The notes under the pieces were generated by a model. It made no database searches, was not told the origin of the DNA, and saw only the letters and a list, made by a program, of their open reading frames with translations. Below are positions 9,332-18,815 of a stretch of 64,000 nt of DNA, piece after piece. This DNA comes from Acidobacteriota bacterium (GTDB taxonomy: Bacteria > Acidobacteriota > UBA6911 > RPQK01 > JADFOI01): positions 1,280,001-1,344,000 of the forward strand of contig OY760074.1 of assembly GCA_963663035.1 (NCBI GenBank), written 5' to 3'. Numbering within the stretch: the first letter of the stretch is position 1; each line of letters begins with the position of its first letter. The translations under genes and the position numbers were made by a program.

Positions 9332-11824
9332 ATGAAAAACCTGAGTCCCATGATGCTCCAGTATCATGATATCAAGCTGAAACATCCCGGCATGCTGTTG
9401 TTTTTCCGCCTGGGCGATTTCTACGAGATGTTCTACGAAGATGCCGTCCTGGCCAGCCGCGAGTTGGAGATTACCCTCACCTCCCGCCATCGTGACCGGG
9501 CTGGCGAGGAGATTCCCATGTGCGGGATTCCCTATCATGCCCTCAACGGCTATCTGGCCCGGTTGATCAAGAAGGGGCACAAGGTGGCGATCTGTGAGCA
9601 GGCGGAAGACCCTCGTCTGGTAAAAGGGCTTGTTCGTCGCGAAGTCACCAGGATCGTGACACCCGGTACGGTCATTGAAGAGGGCGTCCTGGACTCGAGA
9701 GAGAACAATTTCATTGCCGGCCTTTTTGAGACAGAAGAGCGGGTGGGAGCTTCTTTTCTGGATCTTTCCACCGGAGAGTTCCTGCTCACCGAGTTTTCAG
9801 GAACCCAAGCCTGGCAGGAGATGCAGCAGGAACTCCTGCACTTCCGCCCCCGTGAGCTGATTCTGGCAGAGGCCGATCAAGAGAGAGTCGCAAGCCAGGT
9901 TCCTGCCCACCTGCAGCCCAGCGTGCTCAACACCGCTCAGTCCGACTGGACCTTCAATCTGGATTACTGCAGGCGAATCCTGCTGGAGCATTTCCATGTC
10001 TCCACTCTGGAAGGCTTTGGGCTCAACGGGCAAAAGGCCGCGATTTCTGCAGCGGGAGCCCTGCTTCACTATGTCAAGCATACCCAAAAGTCCCCACTGA
10101 CTCATATTACCCATCTGAGTCTTAGTGAACCCGTTGGTGTCCTGAAGCTGGACGACTCTACGGTGGAGAATCTCGAGCTGGTGAAGGGCTTTGACGGGAA
10201 CAAGCGATGGACTCTCCTGGCCATTCTGGACCTGACGAAAACGGCTATGGGAGCGCGTCTGCTTCGCTCCTGGATGCTGCGCCCAGGGCTGGACCTGACC
10301 CAGATCAACGAGCGCCTGGATGCCGTTCAGGAACTCTCTGAATCGGTGGTGGGAATGGATCGCCTGGGCAAGGTCCTACACAGTATTCATGATTTAGAGC
10401 GACTCCTGGGCCGAGTTACCATGGAGACGGCCAATGCCCGAGACCTGCTGGCTGTCAAGGAGTCTCTCGAGCAGCTTCCTGCGCTCTCTCAACTGCTTGA
10501 GGGCTACGGCAGTGGCTTGTTGTGTCCTGATCTGGATCTTCTTGAGGATCAGGTGCAATTGCTGGAACAAGCCATCGCCCAGGATCCTCCGGTGAGCTTG
10601 AATGAAGGAGGGATCATTCGAGCGGGTTTTCATTCAGAGTTGGATGAACTCCGCGAGATCACTCGTTCGGGGAAATCTTTCATTGCTCGTCTGGAAGCTC
10701 AGGAGCGTGAAAGGACTGCTATTCCTTCCCTCAAGGTGAAATACAACAGGGTCTTCGGCTATTTTATCGAGGTCACCAAGGCCCATCTGAATTCCGTACC
10801 CCAAGACTACATCCGCAAACAAACACTGGTTGGATCCGAGCGCTATATCACCCCGGAACTCAAAGAGTACGAGGAGAAGGTCCTCACGGCCCAAGAAAAG
10901 ATTGACGAGCTTGAGAAACGTCTGTTCGTAGAACTCCGCCAGCAGGTGGGTCAACAAGCCCCACGTATTCAACAGACGGCTCAGACTATTGCACGAGTCG
11001 ACTGCTTGTTGTCTCTGGCACAGGCAGCCAAGAAATATCGATACGTTCGGCCCCAGCTGGATGAGAGCCAGGATCTGGCTATTGAAGGGGGACGTCATCC
11101 GGTGGTTGAGCTGAAAAACAGCGAACCGTTTGTCCCCAACGATCTCTCTTGCCAGGCGACTCAGGATCAGCTCTTGATTCTCACCGGGCCCAATATGGGC
11201 GGAAAATCGACCTACCTTCGGCAAAATGCACTCATCGTGATCATGGCTCAGATGGGGTCCTTTGTTCCGGCTGATGCGGCTCGAGTCGGCCTGGTAGACC
11301 GGATTTTCACTCGTGTGGGTGCCAGCGACAATCTGGCCCAGGGGCGGTCCACCTTTATGGTGGAAATGATCGAGACGGCCAATATCCTCAATTCTGCCAC
11401 CAGGCGGAGTCTAATTCTGCTGGATGAGGTCGGGCGCGGGACGGCGACTTTTGACGGGTTGTCTATTGCCTGGTCGGTAGCAGAGTATCTGCTCACCCAG
11501 GAAGCTCGAAGGGCAAGAACAGTATTCGCGACCCATTATCACGAGTTGACCAAATTGGAGGTCCTTTACGAAGGTGCCAAGAACTATTGCGTCACCGTCC
11601 AGGAATCCGATCAGAAGATCGTTTTCTTTCACCGCGTGGTTCCAGGCGTGGCCAACAAGAGTTATGGAATCGAGGTGGCTCGCCTGGCCGGTTTGCCCCA
11701 GGGAGTCATTGGTCGAGCTCGAGAGATCCTTTCCCGCCTGGAGCGCAAGGAACTCAAGCTTTTGGGCCACTCACGTACCGTCGCTGCTGCCGTAACAGAC
11801 GAGCTGCAGCATAAACTGTTTTGA
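9332..11824 (+). CDS. mutS: DNA mismatch repair protein MutS
   Basis: GDFYEMF, TGPNMGGKSTYLRQ, STFMVEM, DEVGRGT, FATHYHEL. Confidence 0.98.
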   Translation: MKNLSPMMLQYHDIKLKHPGMLLFFRLGDFYEMFYEDAVLASRELEITLTSRHRDRAGEEIPMCGIPYHALNGYLARLIKKGHKVAICEQAEDPRLVKGLVRREVTRIVTPGTVIEEGVLDSRENNFIAGLFETEERVGASFLDLSTGEFLLTEFSGTQAWQEMQQELLHFRPRELILAEADQERVASQVPAHLQPSVLNTAQSDWTFNLDYCRRILLEHFHVSTLEGFGLNGQKAAISAAGALLHYVKHTQKSPLTHITHLSLSEPVGVLKLDDSTVENLELVKGFDGNKRWTLLAILDLTKTAMGARLLRSWMLRPGLDLTQINERLDAVQELSESVVGMDRLGKVLHSIHDLERLLGRVTMETANARDLLAVKESLEQLPALSQLLEGYGSGLLCPDLDLLEDQVQLLEQAIAQDPPVSLNEGGIIRAGFHSELDELREITRSGKSFIARLEAQERERTAIPSLKVKYNRVFGYFIEVTKAHLNSVPQDYIRKQTLVGSERYITPELKEYEEKVLTAQEKIDELEKRLFVELRQQVGQQAPRIQQTAQTIARVDCLLSLAQAAKKYRYVRPQLDESQDLAIEGGRHPVVELKNSEPFVPNDLSCQATQDQLLILTGPNMGGKSTYLRQNALIVIMAQMGSFVPADAARVGLVDRIFTRVGASDNLAQGRSTFMVEMIETANILNSATRRSLILLDEVGRGTATFDGLSIAWSVAEYLLTQEARRARTVFATHYHELTKLEVLYEGAKNYCVTVQESDQKIVFFHRVVPGVANKSYGIEVARLAGLPQGVIGRAREILSRLERKELKLLGHSRTVAAAVTDELQHKLF

Positions 11825-13446
11825 GCTTTCTTCGTCGCTACTGGCTTTTGCTGCTTCTGGCGCTTCCTTTCTTTGTGGCTCTGGACGACTCGTCGCTCTG
11901 GGACAGCAATGAAGCCTTCTACGCCCAAACTCCGCGTGAGATGATCGAGCGGGGCGACTGGTCAGTTCCCTACTTCAACGGAAGACCCCGCCTGACCAAA
12001 CCTCCCCTTTCCTATTGGGTGGTGGGCCTTTTTTACCAAATCTTCTCGCCTTCGGTCTTCTGGGAGCGTTTTCCGCTGGCCCTGCTGGCCTATGGATCGG
12101 TTCTGGCTGTCTTTGTCAGCGGTAAGGGTCTCTATGACGAAGAGGTTGCTCTGTGGGCTGCTGGTATCTTTGCCACAACCTTCCGCTTTCTGATTCTGGG
12201 CCGCCGGCTGATGATTGACATCCTCCTGCTGTTTTGCCTGCTGTGGGCCATCACCTGTTTTCTTTCCTGGATGCGGTCGCACAAAAAGAGTCAGTTCATT
12301 CTGGCCAGCTTCTTGTTTGGCCTGGGGTTTTTAGCCAAAGGGCCCGTTGCCTTCCTTCCCCTCATCTTCCTGGGGTTCTATCTGTGGATCCGTGGTGAGA
12401 TTCATCAACTGCGTAAGGCTCCCTGGTTAAGCGGAGGGCTGATCTGCCTCTTCCTGTGCTCCTTCTGGTTCGTGCTTGTGAGCCTCGAGATGGGTTGGGA
12501 ACCCGTGCTGGACTTCATCTTCCGGGAAAATATCGATCGCTTCCTGTCTCTGAACCTGGGTCCACAGCGCGGGCCCTTTTATTATGTGGGGGTTTTTCTG
12601 GGCGATTTCTTCCCCTGGTCATTGCTTTTTCCGGCAGCAGTGACCTGGACCCTGCTCAATATGAACAAGAGCGCAGATGAAGGAGAAAACCGCCACTGGA
12701 TACTGCTGAGCCTTTGGATAGGAACCTATTTTCTCTTCTTCTCCTTTTCTCACAACAAGCAGGAATACTATATTTTGCCTCTCTATCCGGCAGCAGCGCT
12801 GTGGGTGGCCACTTACCTGAAGCGCGCTCGTCCCTCCACCCTCCTGACAGGAGGCGTGGGAGGCCTGATGATGGTCTTCATTCTGCTGCTTTTCTTGATC
12901 GGACAGGTCTTGTTTGAGGAGGCCGGACTGTGGATCCCCCTTCTTCTGATTCCTCTTGTGGTGTGGGGTCTTGTGGACCGCCGCTACAACCTCATGATAG
13001 CCGCATTGTCCCTGTTTTACTTTGCTTCTTTTGCGCTCTACTTGAGACCGTTGGAACAGTACAGACCTGTTTATCACTTCGCTCAGAGGATCCGGGAAAG
13101 CACCACTCAGGATGAGAGGACCTTAGACTTTCAAGCCGGGTACTACAAATTTTCGGCGCCGAGCCTGGCCTTTTATCTCGAGCAGCCCATTTTTGAGGTG
13201 TTCGATCCTCAAGCCGCTGTCGATCTTCTGGAGTCGGAAGTTGCAGTCTATATGATTGTCAGACCTGAGGATTATTCGGAACTGGTAGAGGCGACTGACC
13301 GTCCCCTGAAAATTGTAGAAGTGCGGCCAAACCTATATACTACGCCGCGTACTCTGATCGAAGGATTCCGCCGTGGCCAACTTGACAACCTCCGAGAAAG
13401 CTGGACACCTCCCATCTATCTCATCACAAACCGAAGAAGCGACTGA
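11821..13446 (+). CDS. ArnT/PMT-family (GT-C) membrane glycosyltransferase
   Basis: WDSNEAFYAQTPREM, KPPL, LAKGP, NKQEYYILP; many TM helices; TTGA overlap with mutS. Confidence 0.85.
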   Translation: MSFLRRYWLLLLLALPFFVALDDSSLWDSNEAFYAQTPREMIERGDWSVPYFNGRPRLTKPPLSYWVVGLFYQIFSPSVFWERFPLALLAYGSVLAVFVSGKGLYDEEVALWAAGIFATTFRFLILGRRLMIDILLLFCLLWAITCFLSWMRSHKKSQFILASFLFGLGFLAKGPVAFLPLIFLGFYLWIRGEIHQLRKAPWLSGGLICLFLCSFWFVLVSLEMGWEPVLDFIFRENIDRFLSLNLGPQRGPFYYVGVFLGDFFPWSLLFPAAVTWTLLNMNKSADEGENRHWILLSLWIGTYFLFFSFSHNKQEYYILPLYPAAALWVATYLKRARPSTLLTGGVGGLMMVFILLLFLIGQVLFEEAGLWIPLLLIPLVVWGLVDRRYNLMIAALSLFYFASFALYLRPLEQYRPVYHFAQRIRESTTQDERTLDFQAGYYKFSAPSLAFYLEQPIFEVFDPQAAVDLLESEVAVYMIVRPEDYSELVEATDRPLKIVEVRPNLYTTPRTLIEGFRRGQLDNLRESWTPPIYLITNRRSD

Positions 13447-14416
13447 GGCTGCACTGGAGCTCTCAATCATCATTCCGGTTTTCAATGAAGCCCAGACTCT
13501 TCAGCCGCTCTATGATCAACTCAAGTCAAGCCTTCAACCCTGGGAATCCAGCTGCGAAATCCTCTTCATCGATGATGGAAGTACCGATGGGAGCACCCAG
13601 GAGCTCCGGCGCCTGGCTGGATTGGACCCGAAGGTGCGGGTCCTGGAGTTCGTCCGCAACTTCGGACAAACCGCTGCCATTGCCGCCGGATTCGACCACG
13701 CCCGAGGGCAGATCATTATTCCTCTGGACGCGGATCTTCAAAATGACCCTCAGGATATTCCCCTTATTATGGAAAAGCTTGAGGAAGGTTACGATGTGGT
13801 CAACTGCTGGAGACAAGATCGGAAAGACCCCTGGCTGACCCGGATCTTTCCCTCTCGCCTGGCCAATCGATTGATCAGCTGGATTGGTGGCGTCCCTCTA
13901 CATGATTACGGCTGTACCTTGAAGGGCTATCGGCGGGATACGGTGAGGCACATTCGCCTCTACGGTGAGATGCATCGATTCATTCCCATCTTTGCCACCT
14001 GGGCTGGAGCCCGGGTGGCGGAAATCCCGGTCCGCCATCATCCTCGTCGTTTCGGACAGTCCAAGTACGGACTGCTCCGCACCGTGAAGGTACTCCTGGA
14101 CTTGATCACGGTGAAGTTTCTGGGAAGTTTCTCCACCAAACCCATGTATCTTTTCGGGGGTCTCGGTCTGCTCTCTTTTTTGGGAGGGGCAGTACTGAGT
14201 GGTGTGACCCTCTACCAGAAACTCTTTGAGGCTGTGAAGGCCCATCGCAATCCCCTGCTCTTGCTCTCCATCTTCCTCTTTACCGCTGGGCTCCAATTCA
14301 TCCTTTTTGGACTGGTGGCTGAGCTCATCGTGCGCACCTACCATGAATCACAGGATAAACCGACTTATCTTCTGAGGGGAAGGAGTCAGGAGGTAGGAGG
14401 CAGGAGGCAGGAGTAA
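13373..14416 (+). CDS. GT2 polyprenol-phosphate glycosyltransferase (ArnC/GtrB-like); start uncertain
   Basis: IPVFNE, DDGSTD, RNFGQ, DADLQNDP, two C-terminal TM helices. Confidence 0.88.
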   Translation: MANLTTSEKAGHLPSISSQTEEATEAALELSIIIPVFNEAQTLQPLYDQLKSSLQPWESSCEILFIDDGSTDGSTQELRRLAGLDPKVRVLEFVRNFGQTAAIAAGFDHARGQIIIPLDADLQNDPQDIPLIMEKLEEGYDVVNCWRQDRKDPWLTRIFPSRLANRLISWIGGVPLHDYGCTLKGYRRDTVRHIRLYGEMHRFIPIFATWAGARVAEIPVRHHPRRFGQSKYGLLRTVKVLLDLITVKFLGSFSTKPMYLFGGLGLLSFLGGAVLSGVTLYQKLFEAVKAHRNPLLLLSIFLFTAGLQFILFGLVAELIVRTYHESQDKPTYLLRGRSQEVGGRRQE

Positions 14417-14453
14417 GAGAGAATCCAGAGTCTTTCTGAAAGTTGAAACCTGG
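14381..14453 (+). repeat. Heptamer-based repeat overlapping the GT2 3' end
   Basis: AGGAGTCAGGAGGTAGGAGGCAGGAGGCAGGAG; homologous to 8190-8264. Confidence 0.6.
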
Positions 14454-14458
14454 TATGC

Positions 14459-16159
14459 CTAGCGATTCTGCCAGGGTTTTCTTTCGAAGTAGCTTTTGGT
14501 GAGCCTCACCACCACTCCAGACAGGAGAATCAAGGCGATGAGATTGGGAAAGGTGACCATTCCCAGCGCCACGTCTCCCAGGGTCCAAACGGTGGAGAGG
14601 GCAAAAAGAGCGCCCACAAAGTGCATGATCACAAAGACGATTTTATAGGGCAAAATCGCCTTGGGCCCGAACAGATAGTTGGCACACCGGTCCCCGTAGT
14701 AACTCCAGGAGATAGCCGTGGAGATGGCAAAGAGAAGCACGCTCAGCACGACGATGTAACCTCCCCAGGAGCCCAGCGGCGAGAGTCCCCGCTGAAAGGC
14801 CAGGGCCGTTAGGGGAGCTCCGTTTTCAACGGCCGGGCCGTATAAGCTCTGGTAGCGACTCCCATCATCTGCAACGGCAACCTGCTCAGAGGGCCGGATC
14901 TCTCCGCTAAAGAGCCGCTCCTGTTCCTGATCAACAAAGAACTCGTCGACCCTGACGTCATGCCAGGCAAAGCCGGCTTCCGCTGTTACCCTCAGGGGAC
15001 GGCCGGCCTCCACCCGAATGGTCTCGGGGATGGTGTCTCCCTCTGACTCGGCAAGATAGCTGATATCCCCTGAGGCCAAGGGAAACTCGGTTGACACCGT
15101 TTCCGTCCACACTCCGGTGATGAGGATAACCAGTCCGGTCATTGAACAAATGACAAGGGTGTCAATGAAGGGCCCCAGCAAGGCCACCACCCCTTCTGCA
15201 ACCGGTTCATCGGTTTTGGCCGCCGCATGGGCGATGGGGGCTGAACCCTGTCCGGCTTCATTGGAAAAAAGACCCCGCCGCACCCCCCACATCATGGTGA
15301 GGACGAACAGGCCCACTCCCGTGCCCGCCACACCGGCCGTAGGATGAAAGGCCTCTCTAAAGATCAAAGCAAAAGTGGGAATCACTTGATCGTAATTGAA
15401 GCTCAAAATGATGAGGGCACTGAGAACATAAATGACCGCCATGAGTGGTGCCAGTACGCTGGTCACCGTCCCGATGCGGGTGATTCCACCCACAATGACC
15501 AGAAAGACAAGGGTGGCTGCCGCTAGTCCCGTCATCCAGGAGGGAATGCCGAATTCAGTTGAGAGAACGTCCGCCATGGTGTTGGCCTGAATCCCGTTGC
15601 CGGTGAAAAAAGAGGTCACAATCATGGCGCCCGCAAAAAAGACGGCCATGGCTTTCCAGCGGGGGCCCAGTCCCTTCTCAATGTAGTACATGGGACCGCC
15701 GGAAGCGGTTCCAAAGCGGCCTCGACCCGTTGAATCCAGGGCTTCGACGACCCGGTAGTGCATGGCCAGAGTCACTTCCGCGAATTTGGTCACCATCCCC
15801 AGGACCGCCGTCATCCACATCCAGAACAGAGCCCCGGGACCGCCGAAATGAATGGCCAGTGCCACGCCTGCGATGTTGCCAATTCCAACGGTGGCGGACA
15901 GGGCAGTGCTCAAAGCCTGAAAGTGAGGCACATCTCCCGGGCTACTGGGATCGTCGTATTTGCCGGAGGTGAGTGCAAAGCCGTGGCCCAAACGGCGGAA
16001 CTGTATAAAGGCCAGACGAATCGTTAAAAAGAAGCCGGTTCCCAGAAGAGCGATGACGATGATGGGAATCGATCCCCCGCCAATTGTGGGCCCAAAACTC
16101 CAGGTGTAGTATTCCAGGAAGCTGACGATCTGCTGAAAGAACTCCATGGGCGAGGGCAT
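14459..16159 (-). CDS. Alanine/glycine:cation symporter (AGCS family)
   Basis: ATVGIGNIAGVA, GGPGALFWMW, GGPMYY, RGLFSNEAGQGS. Confidence 0.93.
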   Translation of the reverse strand: MPSPMEFFQQIVSFLEYYTWSFGPTIGGGSIPIIVIALLGTGFFLTIRLAFIQFRRLGHGFALTSGKYDDPSSPGDVPHFQALSTALSATVGIGNIAGVALAIHFGGPGALFWMWMTAVLGMVTKFAEVTLAMHYRVVEALDSTGRGRFGTASGGPMYYIEKGLGPRWKAMAVFFAGAMIVTSFFTGNGIQANTMADVLSTEFGIPSWMTGLAAATLVFLVIVGGITRIGTVTSVLAPLMAVIYVLSALIILSFNYDQVIPTFALIFREAFHPTAGVAGTGVGLFVLTMMWGVRRGLFSNEAGQGSAPIAHAAAKTDEPVAEGVVALLGPFIDTLVICSMTGLVILITGVWTETVSTEFPLASGDISYLAESEGDTIPETIRVEAGRPLRVTAEAGFAWHDVRVDEFFVDQEQERLFSGEIRPSEQVAVADDGSRYQSLYGPAVENGAPLTALAFQRGLSPLGSWGGYIVVLSVLLFAISTAISWSYYGDRCANYLFGPKAILPYKIVFVIMHFVGALFALSTVWTLGDVALGMVTFPNLIALILLSGVVVRLTKSYFERKPWQNR

Positions 16160-16223
16160 TATAACCTGACGAGCACACGGTCACTAGCCCGGATTACGCA
16201 TAGGTTCTTGCGGCAAGGGGAAG

Positions 16224-17576
16224 TCAGGCTGCTTTTTGGAGGGAGGCCTCGGCGCTGAGCCGCCTGTGTTCTCGCACAATTGCCACCACGATGGCGAGCC
16301 AGAGCAGTGTGAAGAGCACGTTGGCGATTGCGTAGCTTTGGATGCCGAAGGCCAGTTGTACACCCACAAACACGACCCCGGCCTGCAACATATCCCCGAC
16401 CCGCCAGAAAAAGGTGTCGATAGCTGCTTTGGCCTTGTACTTGGCCTCCCGGCTGGTCAGCAAAAAGAGGGCGTGCCGGGCGGTGTTATTGATGGAGTAA
16501 TCGGTGCTGTTCTCGAGCATTTTCACCATCCGGATGACGCCCAGGATGGGTGTCGCGATCATCAGGCCGTAGCTGCCCAGTGCCAGGCAGGGCAATATGA
16601 AGAGCGCCCCCCGGACCCCGATGTACTTGAAGATTCGGGAGACCAGGAACAACTGGAATAAGAAGCCCAGCAAATTGACCCAACCATAGAAGTCGCCAAA
16701 GAATTGCCCGATTATCACCTGCTGCTCGGCGATGTCGGCGGTTTGCTGTCCAACTGAAGCGAGCACCACCTTATCCAGAATGAACCCGCCCGTGGTGTTC
16801 ACGACATTGAGGAGCAAGACCGAAATCGCGATCAGAAGCAAATATCGCTCCGAAAAAACGAGCTTGAATCCACCCTCTTTTCCCAACGGTTTCTCAGCAG
16901 TCGCGGCTTTTTCCGGTGTGGCCCTTTCCCGCTCGCGGCGGTGAATTGCTTGGCTGATCACAATACTGGTACCAATACCGGCTGCGGCCACCAGCATAAG
17001 CGAGTAGGGTGCTGTGGCCGGGTCAAATTGACCGAACAGCCAGCTAGCCATCTTCGCCCCCAGCCAGGCGCCTAGCGCGGCTCCGACTCCCACAATAGGA
17101 AACAGCCGCTTGCCCTGTTCCTCTGTAAAGAGATCGTTAGCGAAGGCCCAAATTTGCGCCATCACCAGGAGACTAAAGATGCTGACCCAGATAAAAAAGG
17201 CCGCCCCAACCTGAACTCCGGCCAAACCCAGGAAGTAGAAGATTCCGAGATGAGAGATGAAAAACAGTGTGACCCAGGTGATGAGCCGAATCCGGTTGAC
17301 CCGAGCCGCAAAGCCGCCATAAGCCGGCACCAGGACAAGTAAGATCACCGCCGTCCCAGCGTAGAGGTAAGCTTTGACTTCCGCTCCACCTTCGGTCAGG
17401 ATCAAGGCATCCCGCACGGGCTTAAGAATGTAATAGGAGGCCAGCACCACAAAGACATTCAGCGCGAGAAGCACGACCGTGAGCCCTTCACCCGCTTTCA
17501 CCTGGGTGAAGATCGAAAGGGCACGGTCCAGAAGCCCTTTCCTGCCCTCCGTAATCGGAATTGGTGACGATTCCAT
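16224..17576 (-). CDS. NTT/TLC-family nucleotide (ATP/ADP) transporter, stand-alone
   Basis: YYILKPVRDAL, W.FANDLF..EQGKRLF, DYSINNTAR, KYKAKAAIDTFFWRVGD; start moved to MESSP because the longer ORF begins inside a MITE. Confidence 0.85.
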   Translation of the reverse strand: MESSPIPITEGRKGLLDRALSIFTQVKAGEGLTVVLLALNVFVVLASYYILKPVRDALILTEGGAEVKAYLYAGTAVILLVLVPAYGGFAARVNRIRLITWVTLFFISHLGIFYFLGLAGVQVGAAFFIWVSIFSLLVMAQIWAFANDLFTEEQGKRLFPIVGVGAALGAWLGAKMASWLFGQFDPATAPYSLMLVAAAGIGTSIVISQAIHRRERERATPEKAATAEKPLGKEGGFKLVFSERYLLLIAISVLLLNVVNTTGGFILDKVVLASVGQQTADIAEQQVIIGQFFGDFYGWVNLLGFLFQLFLVSRIFKYIGVRGALFILPCLALGSYGLMIATPILGVIRMVKMLENSTDYSINNTARHALFLLTSREAKYKAKAAIDTFFWRVGDMLQAGVVFVGVQLAFGIQSYAIANVLFTLLWLAIVVAIVREHRRLSAEASLQKAA

Positions 17577-17621
17577 ATTTCCGGGAATTATAACCCGACA
17601 GCCACACAATCGCCAGCCTAC

Positions 17622-17831
17622 GCCAGGACTACGCATAAGTTTTCTACTGCAGTGCCGCAATCATCCACGCTGACTGCGTTGTGCGACCCGCAAGCGGGTA
17701 CCCCTTGGGCTCCTCGGCGTACTACATGAGTACGCCTGCGGGGCCCGACCCGCAAGCGGGTACCCCTTGCACGCCTGGTCATCGCGGCGCCTGCGGCACT
17801 TCGTCACGAGAACCTATGCCATAGTACCGGC
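17622..17831 (+). mobile_element. MITE-like repeat, subfamily A, with internal core duplication
   Basis: Near-identical to 24613-24763; core GACCCGCAAGCGGGTACCCCTT at 17685-17706 and 17747-17768. Confidence 0.75.
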
Positions 17832-17862
17832 CTGTTGACGGCGGCTTCTCCTGTCGGAAATA

Positions 17863-18720
17863 ATGGGGTCCGCTATGGATATTTTCCAAGAGATCGTCCG
17901 GCTGCGCAGTGAAGGCCGCAAAGCCGTCCTGGCCACCGTTGTCCGCTGGCTGGGGAGTACACCGCGCCGCGACAACGCCAAAATGCTTATCCTGGAGGAC
18001 GGCTCGACCATGGGTTCCGTGGGGGGAGGCTCAACGGAGGCAGCGGTGCTGGAGGAAGCTCAAGTTGTTCTGGAGACTGAGCAAGCGTCGCTCAAGAAGT
18101 TCGAGCTCACTCAGCGGGAAGCGGCACAGGATGGACTCATCTGCGGAGGCACCTTGGAAGTCTTCGTAGAACCGATCCTGCCCGATCCCAAGGTGATCCT
18201 CATGGGCGCTGGGCACCTGGGACAGGCCATAGCAAAGGCAGCCCACCGGGTGGGTTTTGCGGTGGCCGTGGTCGATGACCGCGCCTCCTTTGCCAATTCC
18301 GAGCGTTTTCCACAAGCTCAAGAGACGATTGTCGCCCCCTTAGAGGAGAGCCTGGACTCAGTCACTGTCACCAAAAACAGCTTTATCCTCATCGTGACGC
18401 GTGGCCACGGCCACGACCAGGTGGCTCTGGAAGCGGCTGTACAGACACCGGCACGCTATGTGGGCATGGTGGGAAGCCGGCGCAAGATTGGAATCATCGT
18501 CAAAAACCTGCTGGACAAAGGCATTCCTGCGGAGGCTTTTTTTCACCTCTATGCCCCCATCGGATTGGAAATAGGCTCGGAAACACCCCAGGAGATTGCC
18601 GTCAGCGTGGTGGCAGAGCTGATCGCCATTCGCAAGGGGGTCCACCAGCGGAGCAAGAAACAACTCTTTGCCATGAAGCTCATCGAAGAAGCCCGCGCCA
18701 AAGCTCAAGAAGTGGGCTAA
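17863..18720 (+). CDS. XdhC/CoxI-family molybdoenzyme accessory protein
   Basis: GSTPR, GSVGGG, GLICGG, GAGHLG, VDDR, TRGH, GSRRK, PIGLEIG.ETP.EIA. Confidence 0.92.
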   Translation: MGSAMDIFQEIVRLRSEGRKAVLATVVRWLGSTPRRDNAKMLILEDGSTMGSVGGGSTEAAVLEEAQVVLETEQASLKKFELTQREAAQDGLICGGTLEVFVEPILPDPKVILMGAGHLGQAIAKAAHRVGFAVAVVDDRASFANSERFPQAQETIVAPLEESLDSVTVTKNSFILIVTRGHGHDQVALEAAVQTPARYVGMVGSRRKIGIIVKNLLDKGIPAEAFFHLYAPIGLEIGSETPQEIAVSVVAELIAIRKGVHQRSKKQLFAMKLIEEARAKAQEVG

Positions 18721-18750
18721 CGCGCTTCGCCTGTCAGCTGTCAGTGGTCA

Positions 18751-18810
18751 GGGGCCCGCAAGCTAAAGCCTGCGGTTCTGACGGAGCCGTGGGCTTCAGC
18801 CCACGGGCCA
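18751..18810. repeat. Fragment of the MITE internal palindromic cassette
   Basis: GAGCCGTGGGCTTCAGCCCACGG and GCTAAAGCCTGCGG match blocks in the 35.8 and 57.3 kb copies. Confidence 0.6.
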
Positions 18811-18815
18811 GGCTC

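Noticed and set aside
17577-17660. N-terminal extension of the NTT ORF
   Set aside because: The start lies inside a MITE; MESSP at 17576 is more plausible.
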